In this document: positions 8,324-18,108 of the stretch, piece after piece
Layout of the letters: every line of letters starts with the position of its first letter
Position numbering within the stretch: the stretch's first letter is position 1
IMG/VR virus record: IMGVR_UViG_3300008255_000003
Coordinates: 65,897-129,896 of that record
From: a virus
DNA length: 64,000 nt
Reading direction: 5' to 3' (one strand)
Position numbers and translations under genes: made by a program
The notes under the pieces: generated by a model
What the model was told of the DNA's origin: nothing
Databases searched by the model: none
Seen by the model: only the letters and a program-made list of their open reading frames with translations

Positions 8324-8815
8324 ATGGATAGCATCATGCCTATTACGCGAAGCGAGTACACTAAGCAACTACCAAGCCAGCCAGTCACGCATCGTGGCGA
8401 ACCCATCAACGGTCATGAGCTTGTTGATGAGGTGGACTACATGATCAACGCAAGTCGATCTGGCTTGCTTGATTGGGTTGGCCCTTATCCTTCAAACGTT
8501 GGCTTCACTTACACAATGACTAACGAGAAGGATCGCAAGGGCATTGGCTCCATTGTAATGTCATTCAACATCGCCACCCGCAAGTACACCTTAAGCGCCA
8601 CTGATGTTGAGCATGGCCTGCGTTTGGCTGAGAGTGAGCGCTTCACAGCAGACCTTGACACCAATCTAATCAACTTCATTGCCAAGTGCTGTGACGCCTA
8701 TGATCGCAAGCGCAGGTTAACTAGGCGTGCAACCCTTACGCTTGAGAAAATTGAGGCGGTGGTAAGGTCAGAGGTGTTCTCAATCACCGATGAGCTGAGA
8801 TACCTTAAGGATTGA
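8324..8815 (+). CDS. Hypothetical protein
   Basis: 163-aa ORF abutting the next gene. Confidence 0.65.
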   Translation: MDSIMPITRSEYTKQLPSQPVTHRGEPINGHELVDEVDYMINASRSGLLDWVGPYPSNVGFTYTMTNEKDRKGIGSIVMSFNIATRKYTLSATDVEHGLRLAESERFTADLDTNLINFIAKCCDAYDRKRRLTRRATLTLEKIEAVVRSEVFSITDELRYLKD

Positions 8816-9361
8816 ATGCTGAGAGATGCCACAGCTCTCGCTGGAGCAAGCGCACTCCCATCACAGAAGGCTCAGGGAGTCGCGCTTGTTGGTGGTGAAG
8901 TTAAGCCTGGTGGCGCTTGCGTCCTTGGCGTTGAGGAGATTGAGCGCGTTGAAGCTCTTGTGGATCAAGATGCCAGTGAGCGAGAGGCTTACAGGAAGCG
9001 CAGCAATGATCGGCATGATGCAGGGAAGATCGCCTCAGTCATTGAGAGTCTTGAAGCGTCTAAGGCGACTGGTGGTAAAGATGAATTGTGGATGCTGAAG
9101 CGTGACGGCACGCCTACGTACCATCATGCGCATGTGGGCCTGTTTGATGGCCCTGTGGGTGTCAAGACTACTGGTGAAGTTGACTCAAGTGGAGGCAGCG
9201 CGTCGATGTGGAGTCGCGACGAGTCTGATGAGGATCATCCCGATGATGCGTTTCATGGTGATGTCACCCCTAATGATTTACATCCTGGCAGGTTTATCCT
9301 TGGCAGCCTAGATCACCTACGGATGCCGGAATTCCTTAAAGACAATGATGATGAGGAGTAA
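8816..9361 (+). CDS. Hypothetical acidic protein
   Basis: 181-aa ORF followed by a hairpin and T-run. Confidence 0.6.
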   Translation: MLRDATALAGASALPSQKAQGVALVGGEVKPGGACVLGVEEIERVEALVDQDASEREAYRKRSNDRHDAGKIASVIESLEASKATGGKDELWMLKRDGTPTYHHAHVGLFDGPVGVKTTGEVDSSGGSASMWSRDESDEDHPDDAFHGDVTPNDLHPGRFILGSLDHLRMPEFLKDNDDEE

Positions 9362-9376
9362 TCAGTAAAGACTAAC

Positions 9377-9398
9377 GGCGCCTTAATTGGCGCCTTTT
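9377..9398 (+). terminator. Possible intrinsic terminator
   Basis: GGCGCC-TTAATT-GGCGCC followed by TTTT. Confidence 0.5.
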
Positions 9399-9414
9399 AT
9401 TATGAGGTGTTGCA

Positions 9415-10263
9415 ATGATTGGAAGTGCATGGCCAGGCGATCGATTCTGGCGTAAGAGTGTCGAGACTGGCCTGCAAGATGTAGCCAGGCCTACACCATT
9501 CTATCCATACTATGAGCGAACGCTTTATGGCCCTGGTCGCGCTGCGGATCTTCTGTCTTGGATAAGCTGGCTTTATGGCTTGCGTACTCACTTGGATGAC
9601 ATCTTCAATATTGGCTATATGTGGGTTGAGTCGTGGCCTGATGATGATCGTCTTCATGAGATGGATCTCTTGGCTATACTGAGCCTTGAGAAGTCAACCT
9701 CGGGCATCAGACTTAAACACTCTTCAATCATCCATAGATACGCCTTGGCGCTTGCTTCTGAGCTTAGGTCATCATTCACCAAGATCCCTGCCCTGTCTGT
9801 GTCCGGCTGGCGAGGTCTTTATGATGACCCCGAGTCTATCGACTACTATTACAACTATGCTGAGGTTCTTGGCGCGCTTGCGGCGGCCCCATTCTTAGGT
9901 GAGGAGAATCTTCACGGAGCCTGTCCTCAAGGTGGTTTTGATACGATCGCGGAGCACTTTTTCAACACGCTCAATCTCAAGGTGAAGACTTATCCGGCAG
10001 ACTTTAAAGATCCGCTCGGCCCTACAAAAAGAAACAGGCAGATGCTCGCTGATAGTCAGTGTTTTGTGGCGCTTTGGAATGGTGACATGAAGTCGTCTGG
10101 CACGCTTAACTTCATCAAGGGCGCGCACGAAGATCCTGACTGGATTGTCTGGTCAGTACCATCCCCTCACGATCAGATCTTTGGTCGCGTCTACGGCTTG
10201 AGGCTTGGTTGGTTTTATGCTCAGTGTCTACACCATGACAAAGCTGCGTTAGAGGCTCCATAA
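9415..10263 (+). CDS. SLOG-superfamily (YspA/DUF2493-like) domain protein with unknown N-terminal domain
   Basis: GACPQGGFDTIAE...YPADF...GPTKRNRQML...FVALWNGDMKSSGT matches the G.A.G.D...A / PADW...G..RN..M / WDG.S.GT pattern of small SLOG proteins. Confidence 0.65.
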   Translation: MIGSAWPGDRFWRKSVETGLQDVARPTPFYPYYERTLYGPGRAADLLSWISWLYGLRTHLDDIFNIGYMWVESWPDDDRLHEMDLLAILSLEKSTSGIRLKHSSIIHRYALALASELRSSFTKIPALSVSGWRGLYDDPESIDYYYNYAEVLGALAAAPFLGEENLHGACPQGGFDTIAEHFFNTLNLKVKTYPADFKDPLGPTKRNRQMLADSQCFVALWNGDMKSSGTLNFIKGAHEDPDWIVWSVPSPHDQIFGRVYGLRLGWFYAQCLHHDKAALEAP

Positions 10264-10475
10264 TGTCAGCGCGTAAGGACAGAGTGAGGGTTGACCTTAA
10301 GGGTGATACGGCCAAGCGCTTGAGAGCTTTAGCTGCTGAGCGTGGAGTTACTCTGGTGTCATTGGTGGAGTCAGCTATTCTTAGTGTGTATGGTCGCCCT
10401 GCGACTTGCGATGATGCCAACCAAGCCCAAGTTGACCTTGAGCTTTATATTCAGGAGATCTTAGATGTCGATTGA
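10263..10475 (+). CDS. Ribbon-helix-helix (CopG/Arc-like) DNA-binding protein
   Basis: RVRVDL (alternating beta strand), then TAKRLRALAAERGVTLVSLVESAI (helix-G-helix). Confidence 0.65.
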   Translation: MSARKDRVRVDLKGDTAKRLRALAAERGVTLVSLVESAILSVYGRPATCDDANQAQVDLELYIQEILDVD

Positions 10476-10812
10476 TGTTTCAGGTTCGCAAGGTGTCAAG
10501 CTCAAGCCCTCTCGCTTCGACGGCGTGATTGACTTCACGAACGGGGCGGACACCGATCTTTACGTCGGAAGTCTTGCTGAGGGCTCCTACTTCATAGGCC
10601 TTGATAATGCAGATGGTGCTTCGGCAGCTCTTGTTGAGCTTGCTGAGTCTTCTAGCTTGGATGGCCCTTGGAGTGAGATCCTTGCATCGACCGCCATTGC
10701 CGTTGACGGCGTGATCACGAATAAGGGTGTCAAGTATGGCACTTTCATTCGCATCAGGGTCACGGGTGATGGCGGCGATGGCAGTCTTAGGATCACTGCT
10801 TGCACTCAGTGA
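10465..10812 (+). CDS. Small beta-sandwich-like protein, possibly virion-associated
   Basis: G/D/S-rich, ends FIRIRVTG; overlaps the RHH gene. Confidence 0.5.
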   Translation: MSIDVSGSQGVKLKPSRFDGVIDFTNGADTDLYVGSLAEGSYFIGLDNADGASAALVELAESSSLDGPWSEILASTAIAVDGVITNKGVKYGTFIRIRVTGDGGDGSLRITACTQ

Positions 10813-10987
10813 GCAGTGTTGTTATAAACACTCTAGGCGGGTGCCTTACCATCATCCAACCCGCTCGCGGCCAAATACTGCCGTCTGAACTTAAGGCTAG
10901 GTTCTCCAAAGCTTATAGGATGTAGCCTTTAATAAAGGCGAGTGGTGCCCCAGGCTTCGTGCGCCATAACCAAGTTGGTTTCCAACA

Positions 10988-11227
10988 ATGAAGTCAAAAA
11001 AATCCAAGTCTTTTCCACCTCAAGTGTTGACTGAGGTGGTTGGTGAACGTTTCGACCTAATATATTGCCCGTTGCTTATGAAGCAGCGGCCTTCTCTTAT
11101 GTGTGCTGAGACTTGCGCATGTAGCGCATGGTCACACACCAAAAGAGACATCATGAGAAGTAAATGCGGCCCATATAAGGCCCATTTGGGGAGTGGCGTT
11201 TATGATCAAAAGCAAGGTGAGGATTAG
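10988..11227 (+). CDS. Small Cys-containing hypothetical protein
   Basis: 79 aa with CP...CAETCAC...C. Confidence 0.5.
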   Translation: MKSKKSKSFPPQVLTEVVGERFDLIYCPLLMKQRPSLMCAETCACSAWSHTKRDIMRSKCGPYKAHLGSGVYDQKQGED

Positions 11228-11624
11228 CTGCGGCCATGTTGTGCTTGTGCCTCGCAGGTTAATCCCTGGCGAGCCCGCCACAGTCAATGTTAATACAAGC
11301 CAGTGTCTCAGATGCAGGCACCAGTGTGTTACTGACGGCGGCCACAAGCCAAGGTCTAGGAATGGCAGCCCATCCTCACCCCATGCAACCGTTGCATGTC
11401 AAGGTGTCGTCTTTGAGACGAGCGAGACATACGATCGCATTGTCAGGTTGGTCGGCATCAAGCTAGATCAGCGCGGCATTAAATATGATGACTTGAGGCT
11501 TGTAGATCAGCATGTCTGGATGGCATCATTATCAGGTGAAGATGTTGCCATGATTCTGCTCAAGGGTGCACCTGCCGAGCTGCTGAAGGGCCAAAAGATT
11601 CCTGTTCTGTTCCTTGGGATATAA
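11202..11624 (+). CDS. Hypothetical protein with CxxH/CxxC motifs
   Basis: SCGH and CLRC motifs; ATG 11202 after GGGGAG; contains palindrome copy 5. Confidence 0.55.
   Translation: MIKSKVRISCGHVVLVPRRLIPGEPATVNVNTSQCLRCRHQCVTDGGHKPRSRNGSPSSPHATVACQGVVFETSETYDRIVRLVGIKLDQRGIKYDDLRLVDQHVWMASLSGEDVAMILLKGAPAELLKGQKIPVLFLGI
11381..11399. repeat. Dispersed palindrome, copy 5, inside a CDS (read as HATVAC)
   Basis: CCATGCAACCGTTGCATGT. Confidence 0.9.
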
Positions 11625-11654
11625 TGCCGCGTTGGAAAATTTGGAGAAAAATCA

Positions 11655-11882
11655 ATGCTCACTCGAATGCAAACCATCCTTCTTGATAAGATCTCACGCA
11701 AGCACACCTGGCATAAGATGAGTGATGTTGGGGATGAGATAACCGCGCGCGCACTTGCGAAAGTCGGTATGCTTAAAATGGATGAGCATCAGAAGGTGCT
11801 CTATGTGGCAGATCTTGAGTGTGCCGAGCCGTCACCTAGTGACGTGGCGGACCTCCAAGCGCTCTCAGATCTGGACTTCTAA
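11655..11882 (+). CDS. Hypothetical protein
   Basis: ATG after GGAG; ends SDLDF. Confidence 0.55.
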   Translation: MLTRMQTILLDKISRKHTWHKMSDVGDEITARALAKVGMLKMDEHQKVLYVADLECAEPSPSDVADLQALSDLDF

Positions 11883-11894
11883 ACACAACGTGCA

Positions 11895-12098
11895 ATGGAG
11901 AATGTCGTGAACAAGGGTAATCAAAGGACGCTGCTGGTTGAGGATATGGTTAACCAGGCTGGTCAGCGTCGCCAAGACGCAGTGGTGACTGAGGAAGAAG
12001 CCGAAGCTGAGCGACTCAAGCTTGAGCAGGCTCAGAAGCCAAAGCAAGCCAAGGGTGACTGGGCGCCACCGACCACGCGCACCTTACTTCAAGAATGA
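11895..12098 (+). CDS. Small hypothetical protein
   Basis: 67 aa followed directly by a terminator. Confidence 0.5.
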   Translation: MENVVNKGNQRTLLVEDMVNQAGQRRQDAVVTEEEAEAERLKLEQAQKPKQAKGDWAPPTTRTLLQE

Positions 12099-12104
12099 CA
12101 AACC

Positions 12105-12135
12105 AACCCGCCTCAACGTTTTGAGGCGGGTTTTT
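12105..12135 (+). terminator. Intrinsic terminator
   Basis: 12-bp stem AACCCGCCTCAA/TTGAGGCGGGTT followed by TTT. Confidence 0.75.
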
Positions 12136-12144
12136 GGCGGTGAT

Positions 12145-12786
12145 ATGCGCAAGTTTGGCGACCAATGGATTCATAGTGTTCAGGGGTGTACCAGTTGCGT
12201 GCTTGGCAAGCCTTATAACGAGATCATCGAAAGCCGCATAGCGGTGATGTCTCGTCATGGTTTAGCGGCTCAGCGCGCAGTGGGTCATGGCGCCTTGGAG
12301 TCTAAGATTATGGTGCTCGCATCCAATGAGCTAACGTCTTTCAATCCGTTCCAGCTTGAGAGGTTGGCCGGAGAGCTTAATCTTGGTTTTCCCTATTATC
12401 TCACCTATGCCGTAAAGTGCGGCCTGAGTTATAAGCTTAGGGATCGGCGGACGGCGATGGCGTGTATCCACCACCATCTCGACTTTGAATTAGAGGCCTT
12501 ACATCCTTGGGTGATATGGTCTTTTGGCAATATGGCGGCCTTATCTTACGATATGCTTTTCGACTACAAGCCCAAGGTTAAGCCTGGTGATTACTTTGAG
12601 GTTGAGACGCCCCCCTGGTGGTCGTTTGATAAGGTCAAGGTTTTGCACAGTGGCGCCTCAGTGCTTGAGGGTAGCGCACTTGCGGCTGACGCTGAGGATC
12701 TTATGATTGAGGAGCTTCTCAAAATCAAAGGTTGGATGTCTGAGCTTAGAGCTTCCGGCAGGCTTGTGGAGGTAGAGGATGACTAG
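12145..12786 (+). CDS. Hypothetical protein
   Basis: Start placed at ATG 12145, downstream of the terminator; overlaps the next gene. Confidence 0.65.
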   Translation: MRKFGDQWIHSVQGCTSCVLGKPYNEIIESRIAVMSRHGLAAQRAVGHGALESKIMVLASNELTSFNPFQLERLAGELNLGFPYYLTYAVKCGLSYKLRDRRTAMACIHHHLDFELEALHPWVIWSFGNMAALSYDMLFDYKPKVKPGDYFEVETPPWWSFDKVKVLHSGASVLEGSALAADAEDLMIEELLKIKGWMSELRASGRLVEVEDD

Positions 12787-13054
12787 CAGGGGCTCACGAG
12801 ATGATAGCTACCTTTATCATCAGAGCGTTCAGTTCATGGTGACAGAATCTCAAGCTAAGCGCATGAGCCTATTTGTCACCATATCGAGCTTCTTTCTTAT
12901 GCTGAGGTGGATTCCAGGCTTTACTTGGATAGGCCTGAAGCTGTTTGCGATCGCCTTGCGACCCGTGGGCGGAAAGATCCCAGTCAGGCGCACCAAAGAG
13001 CTTAACCGCGATTTCCTGGAAACTGAGATCGATGACACATCAGATCCATTTTAA
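12779..13054 (+). CDS. Small membrane protein
   Basis: Hydrophobic LFVTISSFFLMLRWIPGFTWIGLKLFAIAL; ends DDTSDPF. Confidence 0.55.
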   Translation: MTSRGSRDDSYLYHQSVQFMVTESQAKRMSLFVTISSFFLMLRWIPGFTWIGLKLFAIALRPVGGKIPVRRTKELNRDFLETEIDDTSDPF

Positions 13055-13239
13055 GTAAATATGTATTGACACATAAAATGCGCGGCAGCGCTCGACTGAG
13101 TGAGGATTAGTGATGATCATTGCATTCCCCTTGTTCGGCGTCCAATGAAGTCAGGTTAACAGCCTGACCTCTTAAGTACATCCTAATCATTTTAAATATA
13201 GGCGCGGCCCAAATATACATCCTGAAAGCAATCCCCTAC

Positions 13240-13488
13240 ATGGGGAGGATCAGGCTGGTCGCGGACCCATTCTACATCAAGGGGGTCTGCTGGAACGAAC
13301 AGGGGACGCAGTATAAGGTTGCATTTGATCTTCGCGGATCTAAGGCAACATGCGAGTGTCCCTGGTATACAAAGCATCGCAGCCCTTGCAAGCATCTAGT
13401 CGCGCTTGCTATGACGTACATTCAAGAGGACGCGCGTTGTACTGACAACGCGCGTCAGGTTGAGAGTGGTCAGGCCAAGACGGCCTAA
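13240..13488 (+). CDS. Stand-alone SWIM zinc-finger protein
   Basis: ATCECPWYTKHRSPCKHLVA (CxC-x(n)-CxH); directly upstream of the SNF2 gene. Confidence 0.75.
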   Translation: MGRIRLVADPFYIKGVCWNEQGTQYKVAFDLRGSKATCECPWYTKHRSPCKHLVALAMTYIQEDARCTDNARQVESGQAKTA

Positions 13489-13501
13489 CTAAACAAAGCA
13501 G

Positions 13502-13520
13502 ACATGCAACCGTTGCATGT
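13502..13520. repeat. Dispersed palindrome, copy 6, upstream of SNF2
   Basis: G-ACATGCAACCGTTGCATGT-C. Confidence 0.95.
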
Positions 13521-13538
13521 CCTCACTTAAGCTTGAGC

Positions 13539-16448
13539 ATGAACATGATAAAAGAGTCTTTAGGGCTCGTTGCGGCTATTCTTGGTCATTATGACAAGAG
13601 GTGGCTTGAGGCATCTTGGATGTCTTGGTTGGACCTTGAGGGGGTCGGGTTCCCTGAAGGTCTTGAACACGCCAGGAAAATATCTGCCAAGACGACTGAA
13701 GCCCCGCCGATGGATGTTGAGTATCACAAGGTTCCGTTTTGGCGACTCAAGGGGGAGTCTGATGTTGGCCTTGTTATCAGCCGCCACTTGGGCACTGAGG
13801 ACATAGAGCCCACGCCCTACCTTACGGCAAGCTTCGGCGCCAACGGCCCTTGGTCTAAGATCAGGGTTCCAGCTACTGCAATGGAGCACTCTTTCTTCTC
13901 AAGCAAGATCACCATCGCACTCATAAGCTCAAACTTCTTTAAAAGTGACCACAGCTACAACCTGTCTACGTTGACTCAGTATGAGCTGATGAGGTTTATT
14001 ATCCCGTCTGCCTCATTTGAGGTGAGGGTGTATAAGGCGATAGACATCTCAGATAGGGACGCACCGAGCTATACGGAGGCATACAGCTCGGTGCTTCATA
14101 TCCCTGCCAACTGTGATCTCGATCAGCACATCTACGAGATGTCAAGAAACCAGTCTCTCCTCTACCACCTTAAGTATAGAGATGGTGAAAACGCGCCTAT
14201 AGAGTCGAGCGATGTCAAAGTCCTTAGAGTTGTAGATCTGCCCAAGGATGTTGACGATCTTAGTGGTGGGCTCTCTATACATGCGGCGCCCCAAGATTTC
14301 AGGATCAGGGGTGAAGACTTTGACGCTCCAGTCCCCAAGATGATTGATGAGTTAATGGGCAACATGCACCAGTCATTCAAGAACGATTACTCTAATAGCC
14401 GCATGGAGTGGAATCTAAGGGCTAGGAATGTGATCAAATCTGACTTCATCTCAATGGGCTCGGTGCTTTCATCATTCAGGCGTTGCGGCTTTGATATGAC
14501 ACCAAGCGCTCAAGTTAGGAATCGCTGCCTTAAGCTAAGGAGTCTGTCTAAGATTCATGACATCCCATTTGAGCGTAATGTTATCGTTGATGATGGTGAT
14601 GATGGTGATGACAGCGATGGAAGGTGGGATGAGCTTTACAGTGACGAAGGCATCAGGACCACCGAGCTTTACAAGCATTATAAGGCTCAATTCTATCGCA
14701 ACGTGCCAGAGCGCTTGAGGGGTTGGCCCTTCCAGAATGACGACGTGATCAGGGCTATGACTAAGCCAAGCGTCGCCTACGCTGCGCAACAGGGTCTTGG
14801 TAAGACGCGCTTCATCTTGATGTACATCTTCGCGCGCGGTGGGAATCGTAACCTTGTGGTCCTGGAGCCTACACTGGTTGACGAGTTCATCTCGCAAGCC
14901 AGGGAGCTTGGCGTTTCTGGTGAGATCCATGTCATAGATAGCCCCGAGGCGCTCAAGTTCAGCCTCATGCGCAGGATCAATATCATCACCTATACAAGGC
15001 TGTGGCGCGGCATCGGTGATAAGTGTAGGCCTAGGTCGGAGAAGAGGTTTGTTGTCACCTATAACAACAAAGAGACGGTTTACAAGAAGCGCTGCCCCAA
15101 GAAATGGCAAAGCTACATCACCGAAGAAAGCTCGGTTGAGGTGCCAGGTCCACCCTGCAAATCCTACGCTCACGTTCTTAGGAGGTATCAGTTCAACTCA
15201 ATCTTGGCTGATGAGGCTCACAAGCTGGCTGCGGGTAAGACAACCAATCAAGGCGAGGCCATGTTCAACTTGAGGGCCAAACACTTCGTCTGCACCACAG
15301 GAACGATCATCAGGAGCTACGTTCGTCAGATATACCCCATCCTTTGCCGGACCCTTGGTGAGAGCACGATCTATAACGAGTATGGCTATCGCTATGCCGC
15401 GATGTCTGTGGATGGTGATGGTCTGGTCGCTGCAACTCGCAAGTTTAGCTCCCTGTTCATCAACGCAGATCAGAAGTCTGAGCAGTTTGAAGACACGCTC
15501 GCGAAGGGGATGCGTTCTCGTGAGCGTCCCCATGTCAACGCTGATGCCATTGAGGAGTGGCATGGGATGACTTCACGATTCATCATACGCCGTCGAAGGA
15601 TTGAGCCTGGCGTTGCTGAGTTCGTGAAGGTTCCTGATGGTGAGCTGAGCGAGGTCTACTCCGGCATGGATAAGACTCACGCATCGGTTTATCGCTGGTG
15701 GCTTGATAGCTTTGCGTCTTGGTTTGAAGATGCACTTGAGAAAGAGCGAATTGAGAGCATCCCTGTCAATAGCGCCGAGGTGCTTGTTCAGCTCACTAAA
15801 CTTCGTCTCGTCTCAACCATCCCACAGCACAAGTCAGCTCAGATCCCTGGCGTCATTGAGTATTCAGGCGGCCTAACATCAAAGCAGCTCAAGCTCATTG
15901 AGATGGTGTCAGCTCAAATCGAGGATGGCCAGAAAGTGATTGTCTTTAGTGAGCACCCGGAGTTCGTCCAGCTCATGAGTCAGCAGTTTGACGATCATGG
16001 TGTGGAGAACGTGGGCATCTTCGGTGGCGTGACTATTGATGAGCGAAACAAGCGCATCAGGCTGTTCAGGTCGTCAGAAGACGTGTCGCTGTTGATCGCC
16101 ACTCGTGGTGTGGCAGCTAAGGGCTTCAACCTTCCCCAGGGCGACAGTGTTCACAGCATTGACTGGTGCTGGACGCCTTCAGATATGGAGCAGGCCGAAG
16201 CTCGTATTCTGAGGCCGTCTTGGATGACTGCTGAGCGTGTTGCCACGGGTCAGAAGCCTCAGCTTTATCGGCACGTCCTCAGCGGCTCTATTGACGAGTA
16301 CATGCGTCAGTTAATCCTTGCCAAGGCTGACGGATATGGTGAGGCTATTGACCACAACTCAGCCCAGCACAGTGATGAGGCTTGGCAGACCGTTCGGGAG
16401 TTCGCAGAGAACATGCTCCGCGATCTTGGCTATTTGGAGGTAGGGTAA
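13539..16448 (+). CDS. SNF2-family (SF2) helicase/ATPase with a long unknown N-terminal region
   Basis: QGLGKT (I), LADEAH (II), TTGT (III), KVIVFS (IV), ATRGVAAKGFNL (V), WTPSDMEQAEARILR (VI). Confidence 0.9.
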   Translation: MNMIKESLGLVAAILGHYDKRWLEASWMSWLDLEGVGFPEGLEHARKISAKTTEAPPMDVEYHKVPFWRLKGESDVGLVISRHLGTEDIEPTPYLTASFGANGPWSKIRVPATAMEHSFFSSKITIALISSNFFKSDHSYNLSTLTQYELMRFIIPSASFEVRVYKAIDISDRDAPSYTEAYSSVLHIPANCDLDQHIYEMSRNQSLLYHLKYRDGENAPIESSDVKVLRVVDLPKDVDDLSGGLSIHAAPQDFRIRGEDFDAPVPKMIDELMGNMHQSFKNDYSNSRMEWNLRARNVIKSDFISMGSVLSSFRRCGFDMTPSAQVRNRCLKLRSLSKIHDIPFERNVIVDDGDDGDDSDGRWDELYSDEGIRTTELYKHYKAQFYRNVPERLRGWPFQNDDVIRAMTKPSVAYAAQQGLGKTRFILMYIFARGGNRNLVVLEPTLVDEFISQARELGVSGEIHVIDSPEALKFSLMRRINIITYTRLWRGIGDKCRPRSEKRFVVTYNNKETVYKKRCPKKWQSYITEESSVEVPGPPCKSYAHVLRRYQFNSILADEAHKLAAGKTTNQGEAMFNLRAKHFVCTTGTIIRSYVRQIYPILCRTLGESTIYNEYGYRYAAMSVDGDGLVAATRKFSSLFINADQKSEQFEDTLAKGMRSRERPHVNADAIEEWHGMTSRFIIRRRRIEPGVAEFVKVPDGELSEVYSGMDKTHASVYRWWLDSFASWFEDALEKERIESIPVNSAEVLVQLTKLRLVSTIPQHKSAQIPGVIEYSGGLTSKQLKLIEMVSAQIEDGQKVIVFSEHPEFVQLMSQQFDDHGVENVGIFGGVTIDERNKRIRLFRSSEDVSLLIATRGVAAKGFNLPQGDSVHSIDWCWTPSDMEQAEARILRPSWMTAERVATGQKPQLYRHVLSGSIDEYMRQLILAKADGYGEAIDHNSAQHSDEAWQTVREFAENMLRDLGYLEVG

Positions 16449-17797
16449 TGGAAGTTATCTTTGATGAGTCTGACGATAGCTTTGCGCTTCTCGTGAATCG
16501 AAACATGGGGAAGCTGTTGCGCGTTCGTGGGTATAGAATGGGTGGTGATGAAGCTGAGGATAGATCTGGCTATGAGTCGATCATCGTGAAGCCTTACTCC
16601 CTGTATCTTTTTCAGGACAATCAGATCGTGGTTAACATGAATAGCAAGGGCGCCAAAGTGGCTTATGCTGTCATACCTTCGGTCGGTGATGAACAGTGGT
16701 GGCGCGAGGCTGAGGGCACCACTTATGATGTCTACACGTCAAGGGGGTGGTCTGTACTTAGACATCGAACGGTTGTCCCGGTATCACCAAACATAAGGTT
16801 TTCTAAGCTAAATCAAAATGCAAGTAATTGGACGGTCTACCCTGTCCATAGTGCTAAAATGGCAGTCGCGTTAGCAGTCTTGGATTATTGTGGGCACTCC
16901 CAGTTGTTGCCACATCAGATACTCAACCCTGAATGGGATGAGTTTGATGAGGAATCTCTAAGAGGAGAAAGGTCTTGGTGTATCCCGATACATGATCAAT
17001 GCGGCAGAAAGCCACCTATTTACGCGGTCTGTCGCACGTTCTTGTCTGGTCTTTCGACTGTTAAGGACATTCAGGTCACAAAGCACATCCCTAAAGGTGG
17101 TGGGCTTGTGATGGCCAGTATCCTCAAGCAGAAGCAATTTCCAGCACCAAGCCTGATCCTCCCACAAGGGAGGTCCACGATGCGTCACTTTCGTGTATCA
17201 CAGACGTTCAATTCGGCCCGCTTATCTTTGGAAACTCAGGTGGTGCGGGATCACGGCTATCAAGACATCGAGGGGAAGGTTTTTAGCTATCTGTCAAGGG
17301 ACTGGACCGTCATCAGGGCGGCAGGCAGTGTTAGTGACAGGCAGGGTGAGCTGTTCCTTGTGAAGTCTAATGATGGCGTCTGGGCGGGCGCCACACAGGC
17401 CCTGGTTGACCGTATGCTGTATGGCGCTAAGCTTACTGATGAAGTTGTCTGGCACCCTGTTCGCTGCACCTATGGGGATCTGATGGGCCAAACGCGACTT
17501 ACTTGGTGCGACCTTATCGAGGCTTCTGCACTCAGCCAGTATCGCACCCTTGCATCTGATGAGCTTGCGATGCACTATCATGATGGCAAGGACATGGTTG
17601 CCGTCTACGTCAAGCTCAGTGGGATCAATGGTTCTAAGGGCTGGCATCTCGATCGCAAGGTGGAGCGTTCTGCATGGGATCTGGAGCAAGAGGACAAGGT
17701 GATGTTGGCAATGCTGTTAGACCAGTCAGCCCGCCAGTCAAAAAAGGAGCAGCAAGAGCTTGTGGAGCAGTTAGACTGGCTGCTGGACTTGGATTAA
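16448..17797 (+). CDS. Hypothetical protein
   Basis: ATG overlapping the SNF2 stop (TAATG); 449 aa; no motif recognised. Confidence 0.7.
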   Translation: MEVIFDESDDSFALLVNRNMGKLLRVRGYRMGGDEAEDRSGYESIIVKPYSLYLFQDNQIVVNMNSKGAKVAYAVIPSVGDEQWWREAEGTTYDVYTSRGWSVLRHRTVVPVSPNIRFSKLNQNASNWTVYPVHSAKMAVALAVLDYCGHSQLLPHQILNPEWDEFDEESLRGERSWCIPIHDQCGRKPPIYAVCRTFLSGLSTVKDIQVTKHIPKGGGLVMASILKQKQFPAPSLILPQGRSTMRHFRVSQTFNSARLSLETQVVRDHGYQDIEGKVFSYLSRDWTVIRAAGSVSDRQGELFLVKSNDGVWAGATQALVDRMLYGAKLTDEVVWHPVRCTYGDLMGQTRLTWCDLIEASALSQYRTLASDELAMHYHDGKDMVAVYVKLSGINGSKGWHLDRKVERSAWDLEQEDKVMLAMLLDQSARQSKKEQQELVEQLDWLLDLD

Positions 17798-18108
17798 CTG
17801 GTGTACCTGAGCGCCTAGCCGCTTGGCGCGATCTCGGCTTTGATGCGGTCCGCCCACCTGTTGCAGGGGAGTGGGTGGACCTACCATCAGGGGTTAGGGT
17901 TGTGGTGCGCGAGGTCTACCGATATGATGACCTCAGACCATACGCTGATGGGGATGTATTCTCTGCGTGTATGCGCTCTCATCTCGGTGTTAATTGGAAG
18001 AAATTACTGGCTGTCGTGATCGTTAACTCGGACAGTCTTGGAGATTACTATGCGTGGGAATTGGCTTACCCGTACCTCATCAGTGCGCCGCCTGATTGGT
18101 GGTCGTGA
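17674..18108 (+). CDS. Hypothetical protein (start uncertain, probably near 17790)
   Basis: Fills the gap between neighbours; the first ~40 codons overlap the upstream gene. Confidence 0.4.
   Translation: MGSGARGQGDVGNAVRPVSPPVKKGAARACGAVRLAAGLGLTGVPERLAAWRDLGFDAVRPPVAGEWVDLPSGVRVVVREVYRYDDLRPYADGDVFSACMRSHLGVNWKKLLAVVIVNSDSLGDYYAWELAYPYLISAPPDWWS

Noticed and set aside
12022-12144. 5' extension of ORF 12022-12786
   Set aside because: It overlaps the upstream gene and crosses a clear terminator (12105-12135)
13066-13094. Perfect TTGACA as a promoter
   Set aside because: No -10-like hexamer at 16-18 nt spacing (GC-rich there)
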